A stretch of 63,999 bases of DNA, filler included, from Barthelona sp. PAP020 (taxonomy: Eukaryota): assembly GCA_040182905.1 (NCBI GenBank). It is 8 parts of 8 records of this genome, joined end to end, with 100 filler letters (N's around TTAATTAATTAA, not from the genome) between each part and the next. Parts side by side here need not be neighbours in the genome. Positions count along the whole stretch, not along the records: positions 16,577 to 24,692 come from JARQWU010000465.1; positions 24,793 to 32,879 come from JARQWU010000466.1; positions 32,980 to 41,064 come from JARQWU010000467.1; 5 more parts are not named here. One strand, written 5' to 3'. Made by a program: the position numbers and the translations under genes. This document shows positions 22,511-33,364 of this stretch, piece after piece. Within the stretch, counting starts at the first letter, position 1; the number at the start of each line of letters is the position of its first letter. The notes beneath the pieces were generated by a model. That model saw nothing but the letters and a program-made list of their open reading frames with translations. It searched no databases and was not told the origin of the DNA.

Positions 22511-23134
22511 TTGTGAAACAACAATATTTATATACAAAGAAAGTAAACTCAGAAAACTCATTCTAGCAAATTTCAGTCAAAATCCCAGGAGGGGAATTGA
22601 CGGACTGAAATGTAATTGGAACGATCAACTAGGAGAATTTCGGAGAAATTCTTCATTCCTATTCTTTTGAATTTTTGCAAAAGCAAAATTTTAAAGTTCT
22701 GACTTTCTCTTTTGAAAATTAAAAATTGAAGAGGTTAACATAGAAATATTGGTTTTGATCCCTCTAAAAGAGATTTTTAGCACATTACATTCACTATTAA
22801 ATGGCACAACGAAAATTTTATGATGAACTCTTTAACAGCTACAACACAATACAACACAACAATTGTTCTTTTGCTTTTGTAAAGAATTCTCCAACAAGGC
22901 ATTTTCTGTTTTTTAGACAAAGAATTTGAGTCTTGTAGTGAATGAAAGAGGAAGTTGGTTGTAAAGTTAAAGTTCCTCACATGAAACATTCCAAGCCCTC
23001 TTCCATTCACTCAGTTGGTAACAAACTTTTCTCAGAGATTATATCAAAAAAAGAATAAACTACGATTTATATGTGAAGAAAAATTATCCACAAAACATTA
23101 ATGGAATAGACATGTAACCACAAAAAAGACCTTT

Positions 23135-24692
23135 CTAATCATCGTTGTCATCACTATCATCATTGTCATCTTCCATCTCTTCATCAATATACAGACGCAT
23201 ATTGCCACCATTTCTTTCATTAATGTCAACCAAATCCCAACATAAATTAATTGACATGTCAAAATCTCTTTGATTCATGTAAACTCCAGCACTGATAAAT
23301 TCTCGAATGACGTCACTGTTTACATTCATTGCAACAAGGGTTGACATCAAATAGCCTTCATTCTTTACCAATTCAATTAACTCAGATTTGGACAAGTGCT
23401 CAAATTTCAAATCAACAGGCTCACCACTCTTCAATTGTTGTTTTAAATTGGGACAGCTCAAAATACTGCATTTGTTCTTTTTCCATTGTTCATCACTTGT
23501 ATACAATCTGTTGAAAAATAACAGCATATCTTCACCATATAGGTTTATTTCGGGACAATCTAGAAGCATCTTGGCAATATCAAGATGACCTTTATGGCAA
23601 CTGGCATACAATGGAGAAAATCCACCGTCCCTACACAAATTAACATCAGCGCCATGATTCAAAAGCATTCTGGCAACATCAAGATGGCCTTTTTGACAAC
23701 TGATGTACAATGGAGAAACACTATCATTCCTACACAAACTAACATCAGCACCATGATCCAAGAGCATCTTGGCAACATCAAGATGACCTTTATAACAACT
23801 AATATACAATGGAGAAAATCCACCGTCCCTACACAAATTAACATCAGCTCCATTACCCAAGAGCATTCTGGCAACATCAACATGACCATTTTGACAACTG
23901 ATGTACAATGGAGAAAGATTAGTTTTCCTACACAAATTTACATCAGCTCCATTATCCAAGAGCATTTTTACAACATCAAGATGACCATTTTGACAACTAA
24001 TGTACAATGGAGAAGCACCATCGTTCATACACAAATTAACATCAGCTCCATTATCCAAGAGCATTTTGGCAACATCAAGATGGCCCTTTTCACAACTGAT
24101 GTACAATGGAGAAATTCCATCATCCCTACACAAATTAACATCAGCGTCAAAATCCAAGACCATTCTGGCAACATCAAGATGACCATTTTGACAACTGATG
24201 TACAATGGAGAAAAACCATCATTAGCACACAAATTAACATCAGCTCCATTGCCCAAGAGCATTTTGGCGACATCAAGATGACCTTGTTGACAACTGATGT
24301 ACAATGGAGAAGCACCATCATTCTTACACGAATTAACATCAGCGCCATGATCCAAGAGCATTCTGGCAACATCAAGATGATCATTTTGACAACAAACATA
24401 TAATGGAGAAGTACCATTATTATTGCACAAACTAACATCAGCGCCAAAATCCAACAAAAACTCAACAACTTCAATTTGCCCATTTATAGCAGCTCCATAC
24501 AACGTTGTCCTTCCTTCCTTTCCCTGTTTGTTCATATCAACGCCAGCTTTGATACACTGCTTGACAACATCAAGGTTACCATCACATGCTGCAGGATAGA
24601 TCTTCTTTGACCGACCATTATCTTCAAATCCATCCACATCGAACCCATCTGGAACAACAACTCGATCCATATTATACTTAACATAAGGGTCA
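23135..24692 (-). CDS. Ankyrin repeat protein, about 11 repeats plus a family-specific C-terminal domain and acidic tail (5' few codons cut off)
   Basis: Nine near-identical 99-nt SPLY-type repeats after two N-terminal repeats; frame open to the contig edge (DPYVKYNMDRVV), matching the paralogue's MVDPYVKHQMDEVV. Confidence 0.95.
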
Positions 24693-24792
24693 NNNNNNNN
24701 NNNNNNNNNNNNNNNNNNNNNNNNNNNNNNNNNNNNTTAATTAATTAANNNNNNNNNNNNNNNNNNNNNNNNNNNNNNNNNNNNNNNNNNNN
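24693..24792. other. Artificial contig spacer
   Basis: N44-TTAATTAATTAA-N44. Confidence 0.99.
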
Positions 24793-24945
24793 TGCTAACA
24801 ATGAATCCAGGTTACCAAACGCAAAATTAGGATATTTCTTGATAATAAGTTTGGTGTGTGGAGATAGTAATTGTGTTAACTCTTTAATAAACACATTTTC
24901 ACTTTTTTCTGATGAAATTGGTAATGAAAATGTCAATAAAGGCAT
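24793..24945 (-). CDS. MIF/tautomerase-like protein, N-terminal fragment
   Basis: MPLLTF (Pro after the initiator Met), FIKELTQLL and PNFAFG resemble MIF MPMFIV...FLSELTQQL...PDQLMAFGG. Confidence 0.5.
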
Positions 24946-25269
24946 AATAATATGATAAAAAAAGGAAACGTTTTGGTTTTCAATTAAAAAAGAAAGAATT
25001 ATCAAAATTTAATGATTTAAATTAAATTGCATTAAAACAATGGTCAAGATTATGAGGTAAAGAAAGAATTAATGAGAGAAATTATGTAATAGTTTTTTTT
25101 TTTAATGAAGAAATTTGATTTGCCAAATATTAACACATAATTAATAGAGACAAATGTGATTTTGACACTATTTTTTACCAAAAGAAAAAAGAATCATTAC
25201 TGATGATTGTTTCGTGAAAACTGTAAAGTTCATAGAATTGAAAAACCATATTTATTATGTGTATGATAC

Positions 25270-28182
25270 ATGTTATTATGCATGCATGGGACGAATAATG
25301 AAAAAATATTTATATGGATTGTTTCTTTATGTTATTTTTGTTTAATATTGAGTCAACTAATATATGATAATTTATTTGCAATAATTATACCCTTAATCGT
25401 ATCAATAAGTACTTTTTGTATACGTAAAAGGTATTGGTTTAATTTTAGAATTATTGCGTTAAGTTTTCAGTTTTTGTTTGTTTTAGATGTTTTGAAAAGT
25501 TATGATATACATTCAAAAGGTTTTGGAATATGTGTAATTTTACCTCAAGCACTATTTTTATTTTCTTTAACTGTTTATTTCAATGAGAGACTAGATTTTA
25601 TCACTTTTTATTATACATATCTTTATATAATAGCTTCATTATATAAAATATTTGAAAAGTTTCCATTTTTTATGGTTGATATCAATCATGAGTTTTATTT
25701 GTTTTTTTTTATTTGTTTTAGTTGTTTACAGATATTTGCCAAAGCCATTGATAGATTAATGAGATTTTTTGATCAAATAGATGAACGATTAAGGCAAGTA
25801 AAGTTTCAATTATCCTTTACATATTTTCAATTTATTTCTGGTTCTTCACATGAGTGTTTGTTATATCATTACTCAAATAAGATAGATATAGAATCAAAAG
25901 ATAATAAAATTAAATCCAAGACAGAATCATTTCAATCAATGTCAATGAAGAAGAAAATACTTTATTTATGTGATAAATGTTACAGAGAACCTTTTCGAAT
26001 TTCTTTTTATGAAGTTCCAATAGTTCGAGTGCATTTTGATATTGATCACAGAAAATCGTTAGTACAGGAAAATATTGAGTTCTTTTACAAAGAAATGCTG
26101 AAGAATGGGTATCTAATTACTGGTTACAGAGGAGATTCTTTATTTATGTTTCCTAACCCAAATCTATGTGATAGAGTTTTACCCAATGTTGTTAAAAATA
26201 TGAATTCAAGCGAATGGAAAGAAAAAACAGACATTTTGATTAATAAGGCAATTTACTTATGTAAATTACTTCATCATTTATGTTATATTCCAAGTGATGT
26301 CAAACAAAAACCAAGTTTATGCTTTTATTTGAAAATTTGTACTTTTTCCATGGTATATTATCCATTTTGGTTGTATATGAATGTAGAATCTAATGTGGTG
26401 AACGAAATGATTGTCAAGATGAATAAGATGCCAGCAAATTCAATAATAATTGATGATCATCATAGGTTTGATATAGTTGAAATGAAAAAAATTAAACTGG
26501 TAGAATTAAAAGAAACTGTTGTATCAATTGAATCAAAAGAATGGAAAGTTTGCCAGAATTATTTTGAATATTTTAAAACTTTACAAATTTTGAATTATGG
26601 TATTAGTAGTGAAGATGTTGAATTTAGCTTTAAAAAAAGGTTTCAATTTGATGTTGAAAATTACTCTTTGAGATTTTTTCGATGGATATCTGTTTGCCTC
26701 TGTTTATATTATTTATGTGATTATTTGTTGATGTTATTACAGATTATTCAAATGAAAAATTTGATTAAAAAGTCTGAAAATTTTCTTTTTATCATAATTG
26801 TCTTTTGTTTTTGTATTTTATTCATCTTTGTAGATATGATACTGTGGTTAGCAAAAACATGGATTCCTAAAGATGATCAAGCAAAAACATTGAGAATTCA
26901 ATTTGTATTAAGGGACGTTCAAATGATCGGCATTAATTTAATTTTTCACCTGTTCAGTTTAAATCAGATTGTAATATTCCAACATTTCAATGATCAAGCT
27001 ATCTTTTTTGGTCTTCAATTTATTATTCAATGCGTTTCTTGTTTATATGCCTTTACCATTGAGAAAGACATTTCGAAATTCAATTTTTTTAATTGGTATT
27101 TGTTTTTGTTCATCTGTTGTACATATGGTTTTGACTTTTTTTCAAAAAGATTTGAGTATCATTTTATTTGTGTTTTCCCATTATTGTTTGCTTGTCATTT
27201 GCTTGTTATTTCTTTTGATAAAAAGATTCAGAACATTTCAAAAAAAAGAAACTGCGAAATCCAAAAATGCTATGATCATGCGGAGTCTTTTTCCATTTTA
27301 TCTGATCCACAAGTGCTGATTGCTTTGATTAATGCAACAATGATTGAAAAAACCTATTTTAGATTTCATAATTTATTGAACTCTTTAACATTTATAATTG
27401 AGTTTGATTTACAAAGTTTGAACATCAATTCTTTGGTATTTAGAGAGTTATCTGCTTCACATACTGATGTAATTGAGCAATCTGCTTTTTTTGATGAATT
27501 TATGAGACAAAAAGTTTTTTTAAAGAATAAAATCTTTCAAATTATCAGAGAAACTTTGAAAAAATATCCAAATATCTGTTTATCTTCAATTGAAGGTGAT
27601 ACTTTCATTTTTTATCATGTTATGGGTTATTCTGGTGCTTCCCAGACTTCTGACGTTACTTTGATTAATATGTTTATTTATGTGTGTAATTTTGTGGTTC
27701 AATTGAAAACATTGCTTTCAAAAAAATTGTTTTTCAACAATGATACGCTTTATCATTCCTTTCTTCCCGGAATGTCTCAAATATTTATGAAAACTTATTT
27801 TAAAAGAGGAAATTTCATTCAAGTAATTCATTATTCATCAGGTTTTATGTTGGAAGATGTCAGTCAATGTATGAATGACTTGAAATTTGAAAATACTTTG
27901 ATTAGCTCAAGGAAAAGAAACACCATATTTATTGATACACCTTTGTTTGAAGAATTACAATCAAGAATGAAAAGATTGTTAGAATTGTATTGCTATGTTG
28001 CTAGTGATCAAGAAAAGATGTTCTTTGTCAAATTTTTGGAAAATAAAGATTTGAATGTGGATTTTCTAAAATTTTGTTGTGAATATCGAAGGGTTAATAA
28101 ATTACATCCACTTCCAATACAAATTGCAGACAGAATTTATTATTTCCAAAAAGTTGATAATTTGGCGTTTTTCAACATTTAA
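25270..28182 (+). CDS. Multi-pass membrane protein; degenerate adenylyl/guanylyl-cyclase-like architecture (TM block-C1-TM block-C2)
   Basis: Two TM clusters, each followed by a soluble domain; ITGYRGDSLF and KYPNICLSSIEGDTFIF sit where class III cyclases have (K)IKTIGDxY. The CDS is certain; the family is inferred. Confidence 0.55.
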   Translation: MLLCMHGTNNEKIFIWIVSLCYFCLILSQLIYDNLFAIIIPLIVSISTFCIRKRYWFNFRIIALSFQFLFVLDVLKSYDIHSKGFGICVILPQALFLFSLTVYFNERLDFITFYYTYLYIIASLYKIFEKFPFFMVDINHEFYLFFFICFSCLQIFAKAIDRLMRFFDQIDERLRQVKFQLSFTYFQFISGSSHECLLYHYSNKIDIESKDNKIKSKTESFQSMSMKKKILYLCDKCYREPFRISFYEVPIVRVHFDIDHRKSLVQENIEFFYKEMLKNGYLITGYRGDSLFMFPNPNLCDRVLPNVVKNMNSSEWKEKTDILINKAIYLCKLLHHLCYIPSDVKQKPSLCFYLKICTFSMVYYPFWLYMNVESNVVNEMIVKMNKMPANSIIIDDHHRFDIVEMKKIKLVELKETVVSIESKEWKVCQNYFEYFKTLQILNYGISSEDVEFSFKKRFQFDVENYSLRFFRWISVCLCLYYLCDYLLMLLQIIQMKNLIKKSENFLFIIIVFCFCILFIFVDMILWLAKTWIPKDDQAKTLRIQFVLRDVQMIGINLIFHLFSLNQIVIFQHFNDQAIFFGLQFIIQCVSCLYAFTIEKDISKFNFFNWYLFLFICCTYGFDFFSKRFEYHFICVFPLLFACHLLVISFDKKIQNISKKRNCEIQKCYDHAESFSILSDPQVLIALINATMIEKTYFRFHNLLNSLTFIIEFDLQSLNINSLVFRELSASHTDVIEQSAFFDEFMRQKVFLKNKIFQIIRETLKKYPNICLSSIEGDTFIFYHVMGYSGASQTSDVTLINMFIYVCNFVVQLKTLLSKKLFFNNDTLYHSFLPGMSQIFMKTYFKRGNFIQVIHYSSGFMLEDVSQCMNDLKFENTLISSRKRNTIFIDTPLFEELQSRMKRLLELYCYVASDQEKMFFVKFLENKDLNVDFLKFCCEYRRVNKLHPLPIQIADRIYYFQKVDNLAFFNI

Positions 28183-28755
28183 ATGGATAAATGAGTGAAT
28201 AAAAACAGATAAATAAATGAATAAATAATGAGAAGAGGGAAAAGAAGTGAATATTTAAAAATGTCTTAAATTAGTATGGTATTCTTTGATGTGAAACGGA
28301 TAAAATCACTTTGATTGTAGTTTGTATAAATGAATGACTTTATCATAATTTTTTTTGCCCAAAGTTTGTTTCATAAATATTTATTGATACATTTTATTAT
28401 ATTGAATATATGAACAACTCACGCATAAAATGGTAGTTGAAAGAGAAGTATCATTTGGATGTCTAACAAGTAGTCAATAATTTCTAAAATATCACTTTAA
28501 AATTGAATTAAATTCCTTTAGCGACAATTTTCCCCTTTTTAGAATTTGAAACTTTACATTATTTTTGATTTTCTTTTATTTTGGTCATCTAACATTATTT
28601 TCGAAAAATTTGCAACTGTTTTATACCAGAAGGTACAGTTATGGAATAAAAAGAAAGATTTTCAAATTTATGAAAATGATAACATTAATTGTGTGAACTT
28701 TCCCCAGCTGATTTATTTTTTGAAATTTTCATTAAAAACTGATAAAAAACTGGTA

Positions 28756-29733
28756 TCATAAACCTAAATCAGAAATCTTCTTCAGAAGATAATGTTTGGG
28801 ATATTCAAAGTTGATCGAATGTAACGCTTGTAATTCTAATTTTAAATCTTGTTCTAACATCTGATTTAAAGCAAGTTCTTCATTAAAATAAACACTTTCG
28901 ACTGATATTTCAAGCAATTTATTTTTTATTAATTCTATATCCCGTTTTGTTAATGGTATTGAAGCAGCCAAAGGAATTTCATGATCATTTATGTCTTCTG
29001 GTACCAAACCAAGCAATTTAATTTCTGGAATTTGTGGTAAAGGTAGCTTAGTTGATCCAAATTTATAGGTTAAATGTATTAATATTCCGTCAGGATCACA
29101 ATCTACAAAACTAACTATAGGTAAATTTGTGGAATCTACTAATTTCCTCAAAAAAATTCTACTGCTCAAATCTGGGTAACCACATGCAGTAAATAAAATA
29201 ATATCATGTTCTTCACATAAATTACTGTCAGTTAAAGGAGTAAATGTTGCATCATTTTCAATAACAATAATTAATCTGCAATTTGTTTGAAAATTATGAA
29301 TTCTATTTGTTGCATGAGGTAATTTTTGCACTTTATCACAAGAATATTCAACGTTGTCAATATAATATTTTAAATTTCCTTTTATCAACCCTTTTGGATG
29401 ACCAAAAACATTAAGATTATATCTAGGTGTCTTTAATATGGTAGCAACATTTTCTATGTGTTTATCTGATTGTTTTTGACTTTCAAATAATGTTGGATCA
29501 AAATAATAAATTTGTCTTTTGGTCATTTGTGAATTATTCGTTAATCCTTGTTGAATAGTAGTTAATACTCTCAAAAAACATGCTAACTCATATCCATTAT
29601 GATTATTATTAGTTGTTTCATAAGTCGTTAAATGAAATTTCAATAATTCCCAATTATCTTCTTTAATTATGTTATAAAAAAATTTAAATATGATTTCTTC
29701 AATATTGTTTAATACTTGTGTTGAAGAAACCAT
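28756..29733 (-). CDS. SPO11: Meiotic recombination protein SPO11 (TopoVI-A family)
   Basis: TKRQIYY (catalytic Tyr), F..Q..SD..I, R..LNV...PKGL, Toprim IENDATF, GYPD..SR.FL, FVDCDPDG, KLELQAL. Confidence 0.93.
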   Translation of the reverse strand: MVSSTQVLNNIEEIIFKFFYNIIKEDNWELLKFHLTTYETTNNNHNGYELACFLRVLTTIQQGLTNNSQMTKRQIYYFDPTLFESQKQSDKHIENVATILKTPRYNLNVFGHPKGLIKGNLKYYIDNVEYSCDKVQKLPHATNRIHNFQTNCRLIIVIENDATFTPLTDSNLCEEHDIILFTACGYPDLSSRIFLRKLVDSTNLPIVSFVDCDPDGILIHLTYKFGSTKLPLPQIPEIKLLGLVPEDINDHEIPLAASIPLTKRDIELIKNKLLEISVESVYFNEELALNQMLEQDLKLELQALHSINFEYPKHYLLKKISDLGL

Positions 29734-29799
29734 AAAAAAATAAAAAAAAAATGCATCAATGATAATGCAGGCAAATTTTTTATTATTATTATTAACTGA

Positions 29800-32652
29800 T
29801 TAAATATTTTTATTTATTGATAAATCAATGCAATAAAACACATTATTGAACTTTTCTCTGAAATTAATTTTGTGTTTTTTGACATTGTAAGTGTTTTTGT
29901 TAATAAAAATTGGAATAAACTCATTTTTACCGTTATTATTCAAATAATATGATGTTGGTATTTGTGAATTGGATAAGAACTTGAAAAACATTTTCCTTTC
30001 GCTTTTAGAAACTGTTTGTTCAAATAATTGTTTGAGAAAGGAACATTTATTTGCATAAATATCATATAATTTTGAAGAAATATACATTTTAATCTGTTTA
30101 TTTGTAATAATATCTATTGATTGATCATTTAATTGAGTTAATTCGACAAAAAAATCATGAAGAAAAGTACCTGCAATACTAACTGAAGGTTCTATTCTTC
30201 TCTTTAAAACTTCAAAAATATTGCCAATATCAAACAGAATTGTCAATCTTTTGACCATATTTCTTTTAATCAAAAAATTTGAAATGATTTCAATATAGTT
30301 TAATACTGAAAAGAAACAAGGGAAGATCATAGATTCTTTCATGTCGTCAAATTTATGAATGAAAATCCATTGATTGCCACGAACCTCAATACACTCAATA
30401 TTTCTGTATTTTGCATTCCTGGATCTGATTTGAAAAATGTAATTCATAAAATCTACGTACAAGAGACAGATCTTATAAGAGAAAACATACTTCATGAAAT
30501 CTTTAACAGGTTTTTCCACCAAATTTAAGCAATTGTTTTCAATATTGAACTTTATTTTAATCCCAAAACACAGGATGTGATTTATTGACATTACATTGAT
30601 TGAACAAATTTTTGTGTGTTCAATTCTTTTCAATGATGGACTTGGTAACAATAAAAATAAATTTTCACAATACTTTAAACAATTTAAGATCTCTTGGTTT
30701 CTTGTTTTGAATTTTTTACCCATAACATTTTGAACATTTGAAAATTGAATCACAATGAAAATTAAGATCAAAAAATTTACTTTGTAAAAAGTTTTTTGAT
30801 ATTGTTGATTTCCATTAAACAAAATGTTTACGAAAATTTGCATAAAAAATTCAAAAAAGAAATAAATTCTTTGAATTTTCATCAAAATAAATTCTCCTTT
30901 AATGAATAAATCCATCATTTCAGTAATGTTATAAATTATCAATAGGTTGTATTGAAATATTGAGTGTTGATTCATTTTATTGGAATATATTATCAAAAAA
31001 AGATTTAACAAAGAATATTGCAATTTTTGAATGACAAATCTAATTTCATAAAAAATTGATAATTTATACGGAAATGTATCTCCAATTATAGAAACAACCA
31101 GCTTCATCAAAAATAAAAAAATAAAAAATGTCCTAAAAATGAGAATTTTTTTGGAAAAAACATTCATTTCGTTTAAATATATCAAATAAATTACTATAAC
31201 CGCAAGAATTTTTTGAAAAACTGCTGGAGAATCATATAAAAAAAATTTTTGTTTGTACAAATCATAAAATTCGGAAATTTCCTCAGATTTAATCTCAATT
31301 GCCCTCTGAGTTTCTTTTGGTATTGGTGTAATGACCAAACTTTTTTTAAATTCAGAATAATGATGCTTTAATAAGTTTGGATCATCCAAATATATATAAC
31401 AATATGTTTTTGGAACTTTTGAGACTTTAGGAGAAAATTTGGCAATTCTTTTTTCAATCTTCTTTTCTAAATCTTCATCTAAATACTTTTTTAACAATTT
31501 GATATTTTTTTCTGTTATACATATTGTGTTTATCGTTATTGAAGGAGAAAAATTAAACAAACTCATCATTTCTTCAACAATTGGTCCATAAAATATAGGA
31601 AAAGAACAATAGGGAGCATATAACAAAGAATAATTCCCAAATCCAACACAACAAAAATTAATTAATGTATGATGAAGTTTTACAAACAATTCAAAATAGT
31701 TTAACATCTTCAGGACATCAATGGCACCATCTCTTTCATAACTTTCATAATTCTTTATCTTTTTTTCTTTGTCTTTTCTATCTTGTATATGATAACTTCT
31801 TCTGTAGTTAATTGGTGATGGAGCAATTGTCAAAAGATTTCCCTTCAAAACTGAAGAAATGAAATTGAACTTGTATAAAGCATCATAATGTTTAATGTAG
31901 GTTTCTTCATCAAACTGCATCACATCACAATTGAAAAAAATTTGTAAAATTGGAGCATCATAGTATTGAAACAATAAATTTTGAGGTTTCTTGTCAAACA
32001 GAGTGGAGTTAGAATATTCATCCCAAATGTAGTCTTTGGAATGCTCACCCTCTGGTAAATATGATGCATAGCTATTGTCAGTTAATTGAGAAGGTAAATT
32101 CAACTTGTTAAAAAACCTTTTTATTGTTTTCAACATGAAATGATGTTCAAATATTTTTAATTGTTCATCTAAATTTTTAAATTTTTTGTCTATGAACAAA
32201 TTATTTTGGTTTAAAGAATAACATAACAAATATGCTGATAAAATCCAAATAAATAACAATAAAAAGCTGAAAAAAATCTCTTTAAAAACAAAAAAAGTCG
32301 CAAAGAAATAACCAAATAATAATAATAAAATTAAATCAAATGGTGATTCTTTATTGTCACTCTTTGAATGAAATAATATTTTATAAAAAACATAAAAGAA
32401 AATGGAAAACTGCAAATTCATAATGTCTTCATTCTTCTTGATGGAACAAAGCTGTAAAGGATAAAATATTCCCATTATACATATTGTATTTATCCAATCA
32501 ATTATTTCTTTGTTGATGAATGTTCTTTCTGTTAAAATTAATTTTATTATGAAAAACAATGTTAATAATTTGACATTCCAATGATTTTTATGTACATATT
32601 GTGATATAATTATGGAAATTTCACAAATTATCACAGATAGATCATTTTTCAT
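29800..32652 (-). CDS. Paralogue of 25270-28182; degenerate adenylyl/guanylyl-cyclase-like membrane protein
   Basis: Same architecture; YYDAPILQIFF matches FYEVPIVRVHF, SKSERKMFFKFLSN matches SDQEKMFFVKFLEN; KYRNIECIEVRGNQW and IFYGPIVEEM...ICITE are cyclase-like. Confidence 0.55.
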   Translation of the reverse strand: MKNDLSVIICEISIIISQYVHKNHWNVKLLTLFFIIKLILTERTFINKEIIDWINTICIMGIFYPLQLCSIKKNEDIMNLQFSIFFYVFYKILFHSKSDNKESPFDLILLLLFGYFFATFFVFKEIFFSFLLLFIWILSAYLLCYSLNQNNLFIDKKFKNLDEQLKIFEHHFMLKTIKRFFNKLNLPSQLTDNSYASYLPEGEHSKDYIWDEYSNSTLFDKKPQNLLFQYYDAPILQIFFNCDVMQFDEETYIKHYDALYKFNFISSVLKGNLLTIAPSPINYRRSYHIQDRKDKEKKIKNYESYERDGAIDVLKMLNYFELFVKLHHTLINFCCVGFGNYSLLYAPYCSFPIFYGPIVEEMMSLFNFSPSITINTICITEKNIKLLKKYLDEDLEKKIEKRIAKFSPKVSKVPKTYCYIYLDDPNLLKHHYSEFKKSLVITPIPKETQRAIEIKSEEISEFYDLYKQKFFLYDSPAVFQKILAVIVIYLIYLNEMNVFSKKILIFRTFFIFLFLMKLVVSIIGDTFPYKLSIFYEIRFVIQKLQYSLLNLFLIIYSNKMNQHSIFQYNLLIIYNITEMMDLFIKGEFILMKIQRIYFFFEFFMQIFVNILFNGNQQYQKTFYKVNFLILIFIVIQFSNVQNVMGKKFKTRNQEILNCLKYCENLFLLLPSPSLKRIEHTKICSINVMSINHILCFGIKIKFNIENNCLNLVEKPVKDFMKYVFSYKICLLYVDFMNYIFQIRSRNAKYRNIECIEVRGNQWIFIHKFDDMKESMIFPCFFSVLNYIEIISNFLIKRNMVKRLTILFDIGNIFEVLKRRIEPSVSIAGTFLHDFFVELTQLNDQSIDIITNKQIKMYISSKLYDIYANKCSFLKQLFEQTVSKSERKMFFKFLSNSQIPTSYYLNNNGKNEFIPIFINKNTYNVKKHKINFREKFNNVFYCIDLSINKNI

Positions 32653-32879
32653 ACCATAAAAAACAATTATTCTTCTACTAGAGTTCGTAAAGCATTTTTG
32701 GTCGACATTTTGAATATTCTTTCTTCCTTTCGGCCTTTCTTTTCATAAAAAATACATTTAAATTAAACATCTCTTCAAAAATTTCATTAAAAAAAAAAAA
32801 AATATGAAATAAGACTTTATTGAACTTTTCCGTAAAGAGACTCCATAAAACATCCCAATTGAGTGACGACAGCAAACAC

Positions 32880-32979
32880 NNNNNNNNNNNNNNNNNNNNN
32901 NNNNNNNNNNNNNNNNNNNNNNNTTAATTAATTAANNNNNNNNNNNNNNNNNNNNNNNNNNNNNNNNNNNNNNNNNNNN
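32880..32979. other. Artificial contig spacer
   Basis: N44-TTAATTAATTAA-N44. Confidence 0.99.
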
Positions 32980-33141
32980 TGTGTGAATTGTCTGCAACAA
33001 CATTCCCATTTTGGTACTTTTTATGCTTGGTTCAGATTGGCTGAAATGGAAATTCGTAACATTGAATGGATTGGTGAATGTATCAGATTCAAAAGTAGAG
33101 AAAGAATTTCTGAATATATTCCCACAATTAGATGTTCTTAA
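32980..33141 (+). CDS. VMA6: V-type ATPase V0 subunit d, C-terminal fragment (not in the ORF track)
   Basis: Frame from 32980 reads CVNCLQQHSHFGTFYAWFRLAEMEIRNIEWIGECIRFKSRERISEYIPTIRCS*, matching [28 protein letters not shown]...YIP. Confidence 0.88.
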   Translation, partial: CVNCLQQHSHFGTFYAWFRLAEMEIRNIEWIGECIRFKSRERISEYIPTIRCS

Positions 33142-33364
33142 TTATTATAAACTTGAAAAAATAAATGTTTATTTCCTTTATTTGTTTATTTGTATGTAAA
33201 AAACAATTTTAAGTTCTTTGCATGTTTCAAAATAATTTTTATTTGAATATTATCAGTCAAATATTATTAATAATAAAAAATATTAACTAATAAAAGATGA
33301 TAATTGTTGGCGCAATTGAATAAAATTAAAGAAAAAATATTAATAATTTTTCACTACAAAACAA

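Noticed and set aside
22570..22650. SVKIPGGEL fragment resembling the start of a Nudix box
   Set aside because: Interrupted by stops with no clean REuxEE; too weak to call.
23500..24430. Regular repeats with variable inserts, superficially CRISPR-like
   Set aside because: The period is 33 codons in one frame encoding ankyrin repeats; no unique spacers and no cas genes.
23585..24483. Long antisense and alternate-frame repetitive ORFs (272 aa, 152 aa) over the ankyrin array
   Set aside because: By-products of a tandem 99-nt unit that happens to lack stops in those frames.
33011..33199. 62-aa ORF from the ORF track
   Set aside because: Wrong frame; the real coding frame is the V-ATPase subunit d tail (32980-33141).
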